DNA from: Candidatus Bathyarchaeota archaeon
GTDB lineage: Archaea; Thermoproteota; Bathyarchaeia; Bathyarchaeales; Bathycorpusculaceae
Direction: 5' to 3'
Length of the DNA: 64,000 bases
Assembly: GCA_963815095.1 (NCBI GenBank)
Contig: CAWFFH010000003.1
Span: forward strand, 288,001-352,000
A program made the position numbers and the translations under genes. Numbering within the stretch: the stretch's first letter is position 1; each line of letters opens with the position of its first letter. This document shows positions 48,792 to 59,706 of the stretch, one piece after another. Under the pieces are notes generated by a model that worked only from the letters and a program-made list of their open reading frames with translations, ran no database searches and was not told where the DNA came from.

Positions 48792-49595
48792 ATGAACGAT
48801 TCAAGACCCATAATCCTCAAAATCGGCGGCTCAGCCATCACCGACAAAACTGGAGAGTTAGCGGCAAAAACCGAAATCATAAACCGCTTAGCAGAAGAAA
48901 TCAAGCGGGCAGACCTCGACAACCTCATCGTGGTTCATGGAGGCGGCAGCTTCGGACACCCAACCGCACTAAAATACGGCTTAAAAGATGGCTACAATGA
49001 AGACCCAACCCAAAAATTGGGCTTCGCCGAAACCCACCACGTCATGACAGTTCTAAACGGTTTAGTCATGGATGCTATGATTTGGCACGAAACCGCAGCC
49101 GTAAGCATCGCACCATCATCCTGTTTCTTAACTGAAAACGGAAAAATCAAATTCTTCGACGAAACCGTCCTCAAAGCAATGCAAAAAATGAATTTCACAC
49201 CAGTCATGTACGGCGACGCTGTTTTAGATGAAAAATTAGGCTTTACAATCCTCTCAGGCGACCAACTCGTCGCATACTTAGCCATAAAATATAACGCATC
49301 AAAAATCGTTGTCGGCACCGACACAGACGGCTTATTCGACGCAGACCCCAAAACCAACCCAGACGCAAAACCCTACAAAAAACTCACACTATCAGAACTC
49401 AAAGCGATTCAGCCAAAACTTGGCAAATCCCAAGGTAAAGACGTTACAGGCGGCATGGCAGGCAAAATAGCTGCACTTATCCCAGCAGTTGAACATGGAA
49501 TCCATATAACAGTTACAGGAGCCACAAAAGGGTTATCTATTTACAGAGCCTTAACAGACCAAAGTGTGTTAGGCACTGAAATAGAGAAGACCTAA
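48792..49595 (+). CDS. ipk: Isopentenyl phosphate kinase
   Basis: LKIGGSAITDK, VHGGGSFGH, SGDQ, DVTGGMAGK. Confidence 0.93.
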   Translation: MNDSRPIILKIGGSAITDKTGELAAKTEIINRLAEEIKRADLDNLIVVHGGGSFGHPTALKYGLKDGYNEDPTQKLGFAETHHVMTVLNGLVMDAMIWHETAAVSIAPSSCFLTENGKIKFFDETVLKAMQKMNFTPVMYGDAVLDEKLGFTILSGDQLVAYLAIKYNASKIVVGTDTDGLFDADPKTNPDAKPYKKLTLSELKAIQPKLGKSQGKDVTGGMAGKIAALIPAVEHGIHITVTGATKGLSIYRALTDQSVLGTEIEKT

Positions 49596-49596
49596 A

Positions 49597-50688
49597 ATGG
49601 CAGAAAAAACAGGCAAACGCAAAGAAGATCACATAAGGATCTGCTTAGGAAACCAATCTCAAGCCAAAAACGCCACAGCTGGCTTCGAAGACATTCAATT
49701 CGTTCACCGAGCTTTGCCAGAAGTAGACAAAGCCAAAATCAACCTTTCAACCTCTTTTCTTGGCAAAAAATTCTCTGCACCCATAATAGTTGGTGCCATG
49801 ACAGGCGGAACCGAACAAGCTACTCACATTAATTCATCTATCGCCCAAGCCGTAGAAAAACTTGGGTTAGGCATGGGCGTTGGTAGCCAAAGAGCAGCCA
49901 TCGAAGACCAAAAACTCGAAGAAACCTACTCGATAACACGGAAAATGGCGCCAAACGCCTTCTTAATCGCCAACATCGGCGGAGTCCAACTCGTTCACGG
50001 CTACGGCCTAAAAGAAGTCCGAAAAGTTGTTGAAATGATAGATGCTGACGCCGTGGCAGTACATTTGAATGCGTTACAGGAAGCGGTTCAGCCTGAAGGT
50101 CAAACTAACTTTAAGGGCGTTCTGGCCAAAATCGCAGAAATCGCAGGCGCACTCGATACGCCAGTGATTGTTAAGGAGACAGGGGCAGGGATTTCAGCTG
50201 AAGATGCTAAAGCGCTTGAAGAAGCGGGTGTGAAAGCTATTGATGTGGGCGGCGTCGGAGGGACAAGTTTTGCAGCAGTCGAATACTATCGCTCTTCAAT
50301 AAAACAGAATTTGTCGGGGGAAGCATTCTGGGATTGGGGCATCCCAACCGCAGTCAGCTTGATAGAAACGGTACAAACCGTAAAGCTACCCGTGATTGCT
50401 TCAGGGGGTTTGCGATGCGGCACCGATGTAGCTAAAGCCTTAGCGCTTAATGCTTCTTTAGCTAGCATTTCCCAACCTATACTTCAAGCCGCAGTGAAAG
50501 GACCAGAAAAGACCGAGGATAAACTTTCAAGTTTAATCGAGGAATTACGCAACGCCCTATTCCTTGTGGGCGCAGAAAAAATAACTGATTTAGCCAAGAC
50601 GCCAGTCGTTATTACAGGTAAAACTGGGGAGTGGCTACAAGCAAGAGGTTTTAACTTGCAAAAATACGCCAAAAGAGGAGTACACTAA
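49597..50688 (+). CDS. fni: Type 2 isopentenyl-diphosphate delta-isomerase
   Basis: RKEDHI, AMTGG, MGVGSQR, HLNALQEAVQPEG, VKETGAG, WGIPT. Confidence 0.96.
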   Translation: MAEKTGKRKEDHIRICLGNQSQAKNATAGFEDIQFVHRALPEVDKAKINLSTSFLGKKFSAPIIVGAMTGGTEQATHINSSIAQAVEKLGLGMGVGSQRAAIEDQKLEETYSITRKMAPNAFLIANIGGVQLVHGYGLKEVRKVVEMIDADAVAVHLNALQEAVQPEGQTNFKGVLAKIAEIAGALDTPVIVKETGAGISAEDAKALEEAGVKAIDVGGVGGTSFAAVEYYRSSIKQNLSGEAFWDWGIPTAVSLIETVQTVKLPVIASGGLRCGTDVAKALALNASLASISQPILQAAVKGPEKTEDKLSSLIEELRNALFLVGAEKITDLAKTPVVITGKTGEWLQARGFNLQKYAKRGVH

Positions 50689-50689
50689 A

Positions 50690-51760
50690 GTGGATATTGA
50701 AAAGTTTCTCGAAGAAACCGCACCCCTAATCGATAAAGCCATCGAAAAATATATCCCAAGAAAATTCACCAAAGACGCAGTTCTTTTCAAAGTTAACCCT
50801 CCCATGTACAGCTACACTCTGGAGCCTCTCAACAAGGCAATTGCTGATCCAATCTGGGACATGCTTGACCGTGGCGGAAAAAGGTGGCGCCCAGCGCTTT
50901 TCCTTCTCATATGTGAGGCTCTTGGCAAAAAATCGAACCACTTTGTAGATTTCTCAATTATTCCCGAAGTCATACATAACGGAACATTAGTCATCGACGA
51001 CATCGAAGACTCCTCCGAAATACGCCGAGGCAAACCCTGCACCTACAAGATTTTCCAAATGGACATCGCGGTCAACGCAGGAAACGCCATGTACTACCTC
51101 CCGCTTCTGCCGTTGATGGAGCAAAGAACAAAAATTTCAGCCGACATGCAGCGGGACGTTTACGAGATTTACGTGCAGGAAATGATTAATTTGAGCATGG
51201 GGCAAGCCATGGACATCGCTTGGCACAGAGGCATTGCAAACGCCGATTCACTAAGCGAAGAAGATTACCTTCAGATGTGCGCTTACAAAACTGGAACTCT
51301 AGCACGTATGGCTGCTAAGATGGCGGCAGTTCTTGGAGAAGCAGAACCCAAACTTGTAGAAAAGCTCGGTCGGTTTGCAGAATCCATCGGCGTCGCTTTC
51401 CAAATGCAAGACGACATTCTAGATTTAACGGGACAAGAGTTTGCAAAGAGCAAAGGTTGCGTTGGAGGGGACATTACCGAGGGCAAGCGTTCGCTCTTGG
51501 TAATTTATACTCTCAAAGTAGCCAAACCCATAGACAAAAAACGTCTAATCGAAATTCTCAACTTACACACTTCCGACCAAAAACTCCGAGACGAAGCCAT
51601 ATCACTCATGCAGAAATACAATGCTATGGAACATGTCAAACAAACTGCGGAGCGGATGGTTATGGACAGCTGGAATGAAGCAGAAAAGCTTCTGCCAACA
51701 CCCCAAGCTAAGGAAAAATTAAAAGCGTTCGCCGAATTCTTGATTAAACGAAACAAGTAA
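50690..51760 (+). CDS. Polyprenyl (geranylgeranyl) diphosphate synthase
   Basis: GGKRWRP, DDIEDSSEIRRG, GQAMD, KTG, FQMQDDILD. Confidence 0.93.
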   Translation: MDIEKFLEETAPLIDKAIEKYIPRKFTKDAVLFKVNPPMYSYTLEPLNKAIADPIWDMLDRGGKRWRPALFLLICEALGKKSNHFVDFSIIPEVIHNGTLVIDDIEDSSEIRRGKPCTYKIFQMDIAVNAGNAMYYLPLLPLMEQRTKISADMQRDVYEIYVQEMINLSMGQAMDIAWHRGIANADSLSEEDYLQMCAYKTGTLARMAAKMAAVLGEAEPKLVEKLGRFAESIGVAFQMQDDILDLTGQEFAKSKGCVGGDITEGKRSLLVIYTLKVAKPIDKKRLIEILNLHTSDQKLRDEAISLMQKYNAMEHVKQTAERMVMDSWNEAEKLLPTPQAKEKLKAFAEFLIKRNK

Positions 51761-51782
51761 CCTTTCAGCGAGCGTAAATGAT

Positions 51783-53535
51783 TTGGCATTAGAAAACGAT
51801 AATGAATTACGAGAGTTTATTCGAAAAGCCGCCTTGCTAAACGCAGTTAGTCATGATGGGAAAGCGCAGGCAGGAGCAATGGTTGGAAAAATTCTTGGTG
51901 AAAAAGCTGAACTTAGAAGCCGCGTCAAGGAGCTTTCAGGCGTAATTAACGTTGTCGTGAATGAAGTTAACAGTTTATCAGTTTCTGAACAGAAGGCTAT
52001 TGTAGAATCAAATTGGCCTGAAACCCAAAAGAAAGAGAAGGCTGAAGAGAAACATCTGCCGCCGTTACCCAACGCTGACAAATACTCAAAAATCGTCACG
52101 CGCTTCTCACCAAACCCCGATTGTGTACTGCACTTGGGTTCGGCGCGAGCCATATTACTCAGCCACGAGTACGCCCGCATATACAATGGCAAATTCATCC
52201 TGCGCTTTGAGGACACCGACCCCAAAATCAAAAAACCCTCATTAAAGTTCTACGATAGCATCCGCCAAGATTTGAAGTGGCTAGGCTGTACAATCGATGA
52301 GGAATATATCCAAAGCGACCGACTCCTCATATACTACGAATACACAGAGAAACTCATTGGAGACGGCAACGCATACGTTTGCGAATGTATTCCTGAAGTT
52401 TTTCGCAAAATGACTATTGCTAAGCAGGCCTGTCCATGCAGAGATTTGCCAGCCTCCGAAAACTTGGAACGTTGGCACCGCATGCTAAACGGCGGATACA
52501 TGGAAGGACAAGCGGTAGTTCGAGTGAAAACTGACCTTGAAAACCCCAACCCAGCCGTCCGTGACTGGCCCGCACTGCGCATTATTGACACTAAGAAGTA
52601 TCCACATCCTCGTGTTGGAAGTAAATACATCGTTTGGCCCCTTTACAATCTTAGCCGCAGGCATAGACGACCATCTAATGGGCATGACCCACATCATCCG
52701 CGGCAAAGAACACTACACCAACATGGTCCGCCAAAAATACATGTACCAATACCTCGGTTGGGAATACCCCGAAGCCATCCATTACGGCAGACTAAAAATC
52801 ACCGGCGCTGACTTGAGCAAATCCAAAATCGTGGCGGGAATAAAAGCAGGCACCTACCATGGCTTCGATGATCCAAGACTGGGTACATTCGCGGCTTTGA
52901 GAAAACGAGGTATAACCCCGGAAGCTATCAAGAAAATGATAATTGAAGTAGGCATAAAACCAAACGATGTCACCTTGAGTTGGGAGAACCTGTTTTCATA
53001 CAATCGTAAAATCCTCGATACCACCAGCAACCGGTACTTCTTCGTAGCCCAACCATTCGAACTCAAGGTAACAGGATTACCAAAAACTTTCGAAACCAAA
53101 CTTCCATTGCACCCCGAAAACCCAGAGTATGGATCCAGGAAATACATCGTAATGCCCCAAGAAGATGACAAAGCAGCAAGTTTTTGGGTGTCTAAGAAAG
53201 ATGCAGAAATGATGGAGTCTGAGAAAGTTTTCAGGTTAATGGAACTCTTTAACGTCAAAATTGAAGGTAAAGCCGAAAACTCGGTTACCGCCAAGTTCGC
53301 CAGTGAATCCTATGAAGATGTCAAAAAATTCAAAGTCCAACTTATCCAGTGGATACCCAAAGGAACCGAGTTCCCAGCTCAAGTGGTTATGCCTGATGCT
53401 TCAGTTGCCGAAGGGTTTGCTGAATCGGACTGCAAAAAGTTAAAGCCAGACGCGATCATACAGTTTGAACGCTTCGGATTCGTACGGGTAAACGAAGTTG
53501 GCGAGAAATTAATCGCCTATTACGCACACAAATAA
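51783..53535 (+). CDS. gltX: Glutamate--tRNA ligase, split by a +1 frameshift near 52650
   Basis: TRFSPNP, HLGS, LRFEDTDP, WPLYN in frame 1; AAGIDDHLMG.THIIRGKE, LSKS, QFERFGF in frame 2. Confidence 0.92.
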
Positions 53536-53545
53536 GGTGACACAT

Positions 53546-53866
53546 ATGAGAAAACTCGATAAAGCAATAATCTGGCCAATCTACTTCGACTGCAATAAAT
53601 CCAGAAAAGACGGACGCCGAGTGCCCAAAACCATTGCAGTTCAATCGCCAAAAATTCTGGAAATAAAAGAAGCTGCAGACAAACTGGGCTTACAAAACGA
53701 AGTTAACCTTGAAGCTCATTTTCCCAAGAATCATTGGGCAAAAACAGGGATGCTACTTGTTGAAAAGAACGAACCTAAAGAGAAGATAATTCAAAAACTT
53801 GCCAAGCAACTATTAAAAATTAAAAGCCAGCAACAAATGCCGCCAGCAAACTTTAAAAAACATTAA
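53546..53866 (+). CDS. srp19: Signal recognition particle protein SRP19
   Basis: IIWPIYFD..SRKDGRRVPK. Confidence 0.93.
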   Translation: MRKLDKAIIWPIYFDCNKSRKDGRRVPKTIAVQSPKILEIKEAADKLGLQNEVNLEAHFPKNHWAKTGMLLVEKNEPKEKIIQKLAKQLLKIKSQQQMPPANFKKH

Positions 53867-53872
53867 AAAAAA

Positions 53873-54265
53873 TTAGGCTTTTTCTTTGGTTATGAGTACA
53901 GCGTTGATTACGCCGTCGCTGCCTGGTCGGCTGGTAACTTTCGCTAATCCCAATGCAGTTTCGATTTCAGCGCCTTTAGTGATTACTCCTCTACGATTGT
54001 AATCAACGTTAGCACCGTTTTTAACAACTCTTGTGATTGCGGTTTTTTCAGCTTTGCCGCTTTTAGGGTCAGTTACGGAAGCGAATTTTTCGGCTAGAAC
54101 CTTGATTTTGCAGATGCCGCCCATACCGCGGGTGGTCTTGCGTCTTGGTTCACCAAGAGTTGTTTCTGCTGGAAAGCCGCCTGCCTCATATTTCTTCTTG
54201 CTACGGTAAGCTCTTTTTTTGCCGCCTGAAAGTTTTCTTTTGCGTAAACTGCTATGAGTAGACAT
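53873..54265 (-). CDS. rps8e: 30S ribosomal protein S8e
   Basis: KRKLSGGK, RRGVITKGA, VTSRPGSDGVINAVL. Confidence 0.96.
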   Translation of the reverse strand: MSTHSSLRKRKLSGGKKRAYRSKKKYEAGGFPAETTLGEPRRKTTRGMGGICKIKVLAEKFASVTDPKSGKAEKTAITRVVKNGANVDYNRRGVITKGAEIETALGLAKVTSRPGSDGVINAVLITKEKA

Positions 54266-54490
54266 AATCTACATATCCTTAATTCGAGTAGCAACTAAAA
54301 CCGTAGATTTCAATATAAATGTATCCATTAATAGACCAAACTCCAGTGTCTTGTCAGGGTTTTTGTAGTACTAATAGTCGAAAACTCTCATTACCGCAAC
54401 ATAAAACAAATCGCCTTACAAATTGCGTTTTCTGGTTTAATTAAGTTTAAATTGATTTCTGACAGTGCAAGTTCTGTCATCAGATGCAGC

Positions 54491-55156
54491 CTATGTTTGT
54501 TCTGTGTTTTTGTCTGGGTTTTCTTGTTCTGTTTCTTTTTGCAGGCGTTCTACCGCGTCCTCTTTTATGGCTTCTCCGAATATCTTCTTGAGATCCTTCT
54601 TCATGACGGACGTGTCTGTTGTTAAACCGAAGTAGTCAGAGAAGTAATCGGTAGTTTTCAGTGCCAACGTGCGACCACTTCGCTCAGTCATAATTAAGCC
54701 CATGTCCTTGAGCATTTTCACGTGTCCATAAGCATGTTGTCCTCGGACATCGATGACTCTTTTCTGGGAGATCGGCTGGCGGTAAGCGATATAAGAGAGC
54801 GTTTTAAGCGGGCCAGACGAGAGCAAGGGACGATTCACCAGTTTCTTAATCAAATGAGTAAATTCTGCCTTCACTTGCAAAACATAACGCTCATTCTTAA
54901 GAGATAAAATCTCCAAAGCTGTGTTACGTCCGGCATATTCTTTCATGAGTAATTCTATGAAGGTTTGGGTTCTCTTCTTTGAGCGACTTCCTACAACTTG
55001 ACATAACTCGTTTAAATCAAGTGGTCGACCTGCAACGTAGAGGGCTGCCTCTAACAAAGCCAAATGATGAGCTTTTCGATCGTTTTCCTGTGCCTGCTCA
55101 ACCTCAGCACTTGAGGCTGGACTTTGCTCAACTAATGGGTTTTTCGACTTTTCCAA
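54491..55156 (-). CDS. scpB: SMC-Scp complex subunit ScpB
   Basis: LEAALYVAGRPL, TLSYIAYRQPI, TTDYFSDYFGL. Confidence 0.92.
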   Translation of the reverse strand: MEKSKNPLVEQSPASSAEVEQAQENDRKAHHLALLEAALYVAGRPLDLNELCQVVGSRSKKRTQTFIELLMKEYAGRNTALEILSLKNERYVLQVKAEFTHLIKKLVNRPLLSSGPLKTLSYIAYRQPISQKRVIDVRGQHAYGHVKMLKDMGLIMTERSGRTLALKTTDYFSDYFGLTTDTSVMKKDLKKIFGEAIKEDAVERLQKETEQENPDKNTEQT

Positions 55157-55850
55157 CGTTCAGTTTCCCCACAGCTATGTACAATTCCTCAGTTTCTTCA
55201 TTCTGCCAAAGGCTAACTAAGCCATCTTGCGCAAGGAATAACAAATAAATAAACATACGCAACGCTTCGATGCGTGTAGCGCCTTTGGTTAGGGTCGAGA
55301 AATCAATTATGCCCTGACCGCCCGTTTTCTCAACAAGAATAGCGTACAACTGGTCAACCTGCAACTCGAGTTCCGCAATGAACTTGTCAAATTGAGGCAA
55401 CAAATCCGTGACGGCTGGCAAGACCGGATGCTGTTCAATCACATGTTTTAGGCTTAGGAGTTTTTCGCCCTTCAAAACATCATCTAACACTTCAAGCAGA
55501 TGCTGGATGGTGGTTGAAGTCAATTCATGGCGTAGTGGCAGAAATAGGGGTGGCGGAACAAAATCCGTTGGTACCTTGGGAAGTGCAGTTGGCGGTTCCT
55601 GCAGGGTAAGAAGTAGCTTTGATTTCATTAAATAAATCAAAGCAGAAGAATCCAATGCAACACCTGAAGCGCGGAAATCCACTTTTTCAGGATGCGTTCG
55701 CTCCATCTCGGATAGAAACGACCTCAGCAAATAGGCAATGTTAACGTTCCAAGGAGTAACCTTCTCAAGCTTACTGACCTCAAAGAGGATATTCCAAGGC
55801 GGACGCATATAGAAGGGTCTTCTCATCGGAATTGTCGGTGCAGACGCCAT
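55128..55850 (-). CDS. scpA: Segregation/condensation protein ScpA (kleisin)
   Basis: PWNVNI, DFRASG, LMKSKLL, FIYLLFLAQDG.V.LWQ; located between smc and scpB. Confidence 0.88.
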   Translation of the reverse strand: MASAPTIPMRRPFYMRPPWNILFEVSKLEKVTPWNVNIAYLLRSFLSEMERTHPEKVDFRASGVALDSSALIYLMKSKLLLTLQEPPTALPKVPTDFVPPPLFLPLRHELTSTTIQHLLEVLDDVLKGEKLLSLKHVIEQHPVLPAVTDLLPQFDKFIAELELQVDQLYAILVEKTGGQGIIDFSTLTKGATRIEALRMFIYLLFLAQDGLVSLWQNEETEELYIAVGKLNVGKVEKPIS

Positions 55851-58800
55851 TATTTTGGTACCTCCGCCGGGAACTTTGCTGTAACCACATTTGATATGCC
55901 GTTACGCTCATAGACGCCGTAGACTTTTTGGGCTTTGTTAACCATTTCGGGTCGTAGGCTGATGACTATGAACTGGATTTTTCCGGCTTCCTCAAGCAGC
56001 ACTTCAGCGAGCTTGGTTGTGTGGAAAGCGTCTAAGTGGGCGTCAACTTCGTCAAGGATGTAGAAAGATGCTGGCGTGAACTCTTTTAGTGAGAATATGA
56101 AGCTGACTGCTGAAATGGATCGTTCGCCGCCACTAGCTCCACTGACCACAATCGAGGGCTTATTTGGGAACTGAACCACCATGTCTATACCGCCACTGAA
56201 GGGTTCTTCTGGGTTTTCCAACTTAAGCGTGGCTTCTCCTCCACCTGTGAGTTTGGCGAAGTAAACTTTAAGGCTGGCGTTGATTTTTTCGAATGCGCCC
56301 ATGAAAACCTTGCGTTTTTTGGATTCAATCTCATCCATAAACAGCACGATAGCTTGTTTTTCCCGCTCTAACTCATTTAAACGCACGGATAATTCGCGGT
56401 AACGGGAAATCTGCTCCGAATAGTGAGAAGATGCAAGCTGATTTATAGCGCCAATTCTTTCCATTTCAAACTGCATCATTCGAATGGTGGTTTCGGCTTC
56501 CTGAACCTGCCTTGGGTTAGTTTCTAGTGGCTGTTCGTAACCGAATATTCGAAGTTGACCTAGAAGTTGCTGCATCCGTAGCTGGCTTGTTTCGATGCCA
56601 AGTTGAAGCTGGTTTAGAAGCCTCTCTGCCTGCTCATACTCCGAATCCAGCAACCGTAGTTCTGAGTCGATGGAATCAATTTGGGAGGTGAACTTTTTGG
56701 ATTCCTCACGTGCCGAGAAAACAGCCTTCGAGAGGTCAACGCGGCTTTTCTCGAGTTCGTCTGCTTCTTTCTTGATTATGTCCCGTTCCGAAATTGCCTC
56801 AGAAACTTCCTTCTCAAGCTTCCCTTTTTGCTGGTCAATTTTGTCAATTTGAATCTTTGTGTTCTTGTAGCCAATCCGAAGCACCCTGTCGAACTGCGAT
56901 TGATTAGTGGAAATCTCAGTTTGCGCTGAACCCAGTCGTTGGCGTAGGGTGTTTAATTCTTCGCCGATTTTTTCGCGTTGAACCTCGAGTTCTTGGATAT
57001 GTGCGACATCGGTTTTTAATCGGAGCGTCGCGATTTCTGCGTGGATTTTTTCGTGGTTCTTTCGAATAGAGTTGCGTTCGTTTCGATAAACGTCCATGCG
57101 ACCTTTGTATGAAGCTGCTTCACGTTCAAGTTTGCCTCCATACTTTTCTAGGTGGCGAATGTTAAATTGAGTTCTTTTAACGCCCCGTTTTACTCTAATT
57201 ATTTCCCTTTCTAAGGTTGCAACGGATTCTGTTAGCCTTGTAATTGCGATTTTGGTGTACTCAAGTTCTTCTTCGATGCCGACGATGTCAGTGCCCCGCT
57301 GGGTTAAGTGTGTCTGAAGGGCTTTAACTGCCTCATCTAAGCTGGTTAATGCTTTCTCGCTGGGAATTATCGTTGAGAAATCGATTGGTGCACGGTAGTA
57401 GCCGCTTTCAAAAGCTCCTGGCTCATACAAGTCCCCGTTAACCGTTACTGCACGGTATCCCTCGTTCGAGAGTGCAAAAGCTGCTTTGTCGTTTGAAACG
57501 ACCACTGTGTCTCCGAAAACATAGTTAACGGCTAGTGCAAAGGCGTCATCGTACTTCATGAAGCTTGAAAGTGACCCAACTATTCCATCTCGCTTTGGAG
57601 GCGCCTTGTTTTTAATGTTAATTGCGCCCTGAAGTGGGATAATTTTGATCCTACCCAGTTTCATGCGTCTGAGCGTTTCCATACAAGTGAAAGCAATGTC
57701 AATGTCTTTAACGACCAAGGCGTCAAGCCAACCCGTAGCAGCTGCATCAACGGCTTTCTTGAAGCTTTTATCAATCTTTATCAGGTTACGCAGCCTGCCG
57801 TGGATTCCACCGATGGCGCCGACATCGCCCATTTCTTCGATGCCTCGAAGAGCTTTCTCTTCATTAGCGATGGTGGCAGCAAGGTCTCTTTGAGTAGCAA
57901 ACTCGATAACGGCATCTTTAGCGGAACTCGCAATCTTTTCGGCATCGGTGATTTCTTTTTGAACGGTTTCCTTCTGAAGTTTTTTACGTTCAATTGTGTG
58001 CTCAAGATTCTTTAGCTGGGCTTTCTGGTCCTTTTGAACCTGCTCAAGTTCAACTAGAGATTTTTCGATTTCAACTTGACTTGTTTGGAATCTTTCTTTT
58101 CTTACAGATAAATTTTTGATTCTTCCCATACAAAGCCGCAGAGCTGACTTGTCCTGGGTGTATACTGAACGTAAATAGGCAATTCGTTTAACATGACTTT
58201 CAATTTGACCTTCTAAAGCTCTTATCTCCAGGTTGTTGCCGTCAAGTCCACCCCAGAGCTGGGATGTCTCTTGCGCCAAAATGCTGTGTGCCGCTTCTTT
58301 CTCCGCGATTAGGGCTTTAAGTTTTTCATGTTCGCTGCGGAATTGGCGGATTTTTAACCGGTTATCCTTAATTTCATTTCTCAGGTTCTCATGTTGTGCT
58401 AGATTGTTTTCTCTAACACGCTTAAAACTTTCAAGGCTTGATTGCCCGGAACTAATCTTGGTAGCTAACTCAGTAAGCTTAGATTTTAACTCACCGATCC
58501 TTATCTGCACTTTTAGAACTTCAGAGCCGCCTTGCTCTAGACCCTCGCCACTGAGTTTTCGCCAGTCACCCTCAATTTCGTGTCGTTTGCTTCTACGTAG
58601 GTCACGCTGCTCCTTTAGCTTGTCAACCCTTTCCTTTACTTTACCAGTTTGCGTTGTGTTTTCGTTTATTTTTGCGTTCAACTGAGAGATGTCACTTGAG
58701 ATTTTGATAGCTTGGAATTTCTTGGTTTCAGTTTGGATGAAGTTGTACCGTAAAAGTTGGTTGCGTTCTCGTTCGAGGTCGTCGAGTCGTTTTTGGACTT

Positions 58801-59401
58801 CATCAATTCTGCCCATGGCGGTCCGAATTGAAATGTCCGCAGCGCGAAGTTTTTCTTCTGCTTCAGTTTTCTCGTTGTCATATTGGGCTATGCCTATGAG
58901 GTCTTCGATGATTTTTCTTCTTTCGATTGAGTTTAGGTCGGTTAATCGTGTGATTGTGCCCTGAGGAATGATGTTTTGGCTCATGCTACTTATTGCAGCC
59001 ATTGACAGAGTTTCAGTGATGTGAGTGCGTGACATTCTGCGCCCGTTTAATCTGTAAACGCTCTGTCCATTGCGGTAAACCTCGCGAGAAATTGTCACAG
59101 TGGTAGTATCAACGGGCATTATACCGTCAGAATTATCGAATTGAACCACTACTTTGGCCATTTTAGCTTTTTCTTGCCCCGCCTTTTCTGAACCGTGAAA
59201 GATGAGTTTGGCAGAGTTTTCTGCCCGGAGCCTTTTAGTGCTAAGTTCCCCTAGCGAAAAAAGTAATGCATCCATAATGTTGGTTTTGCCGCTCCCGTTG
59301 GGTCCAGTTATTGCTGTAAAACCCTTATCAAGGTTCACCTTAACTGTTTGTGGCCCAAAAGACTTAAAGCCTTTTAATTCGATTTTTTTAATGTAGGGCA
59401 T
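55850..59401 (-). CDS. smc: Chromosome segregation protein SMC
   Basis: GFKSF, GPNGSGKT, hinge region, long coiled coils, SGGE, ILDEVDAHLD. Confidence 0.97.
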   Translation of the reverse strand: MPYIKKIELKGFKSFGPQTVKVNLDKGFTAITGPNGSGKTNIMDALLFSLGELSTKRLRAENSAKLIFHGSEKAGQEKAKMAKVVVQFDNSDGIMPVDTTTVTISREVYRNGQSVYRLNGRRMSRTHITETLSMAAISSMSQNIIPQGTITRLTDLNSIERRKIIEDLIGIAQYDNEKTEAEEKLRAADISIRTAMGRIDEVQKRLDDLERERNQLLRYNFIQTETKKFQAIKISSDISQLNAKINENTTQTGKVKERVDKLKEQRDLRRSKRHEIEGDWRKLSGEGLEQGGSEVLKVQIRIGELKSKLTELATKISSGQSSLESFKRVRENNLAQHENLRNEIKDNRLKIRQFRSEHEKLKALIAEKEAAHSILAQETSQLWGGLDGNNLEIRALEGQIESHVKRIAYLRSVYTQDKSALRLCMGRIKNLSVRKERFQTSQVEIEKSLVELEQVQKDQKAQLKNLEHTIERKKLQKETVQKEITDAEKIASSAKDAVIEFATQRDLAATIANEEKALRGIEEMGDVGAIGGIHGRLRNLIKIDKSFKKAVDAAATGWLDALVVKDIDIAFTCMETLRRMKLGRIKIIPLQGAINIKNKAPPKRDGIVGSLSSFMKYDDAFALAVNYVFGDTVVVSNDKAAFALSNEGYRAVTVNGDLYEPGAFESGYYRAPIDFSTIIPSEKALTSLDEAVKALQTHLTQRGTDIVGIEEELEYTKIAITRLTESVATLEREIIRVKRGVKRTQFNIRHLEKYGGKLEREAASYKGRMDVYRNERNSIRKNHEKIHAEIATLRLKTDVAHIQELEVQREKIGEELNTLRQRLGSAQTEISTNQSQFDRVLRIGYKNTKIQIDKIDQQKGKLEKEVSEAISERDIIKKEADELEKSRVDLSKAVFSAREESKKFTSQIDSIDSELRLLDSEYEQAERLLNQLQLGIETSQLRMQQLLGQLRIFGYEQPLETNPRQVQEAETTIRMMQFEMERIGAINQLASSHYSEQISRYRELSVRLNELEREKQAIVLFMDEIESKKRKVFMGAFEKINASLKVYFAKLTGGGEATLKLENPEEPFSGGIDMVVQFPNKPSIVVSGASGGERSISAVSFIFSLKEFTPASFYILDEVDAHLDAFHTTKLAEVLLEEAGKIQFIVISLRPEMVNKAQKVYGVYERNGISNVVTAKFPAEVPK

Positions 59402-59706
59402 TTAGTCTTTATCCTCTCGGAAGCAGTTATTTTCTTTTTAACATCTCTCAGCAACATACGTATAAAAGCTTATAGCGTTTCTTCTGCGTTTATACACTAT
59501 CGCTACGATCAGTATCTTATATATTTGATGACTTTTTAGGTTTTTGCGAAAAATGGCTGTTAACCAGTAACATCTAACAAATTCCATGTTTTAATGAATC
59601 GATAGTTAGAATTAGAAATTCATAAGCTTTTACTTGCTTTCATTGCACTTTAACTCATCAGCTCCAAGGCACGATCATGACTAGCTAGGGCACGAACTAA
59701 GGATGA

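Noticed and set aside
54266-54490. SRP RNA or tRNA near srp19/rps8e
   Set aside because: The sequence is AT-rich with no GC-rich stems or conserved SRP/tRNA motifs by eye; a covariance-model scan would be needed to be certain.
46074-59396. Numerous antisense and overlapping ORFs within housekeeping genes
   Set aside because: They are shadow frames of well-supported genes and have no independent motifs.
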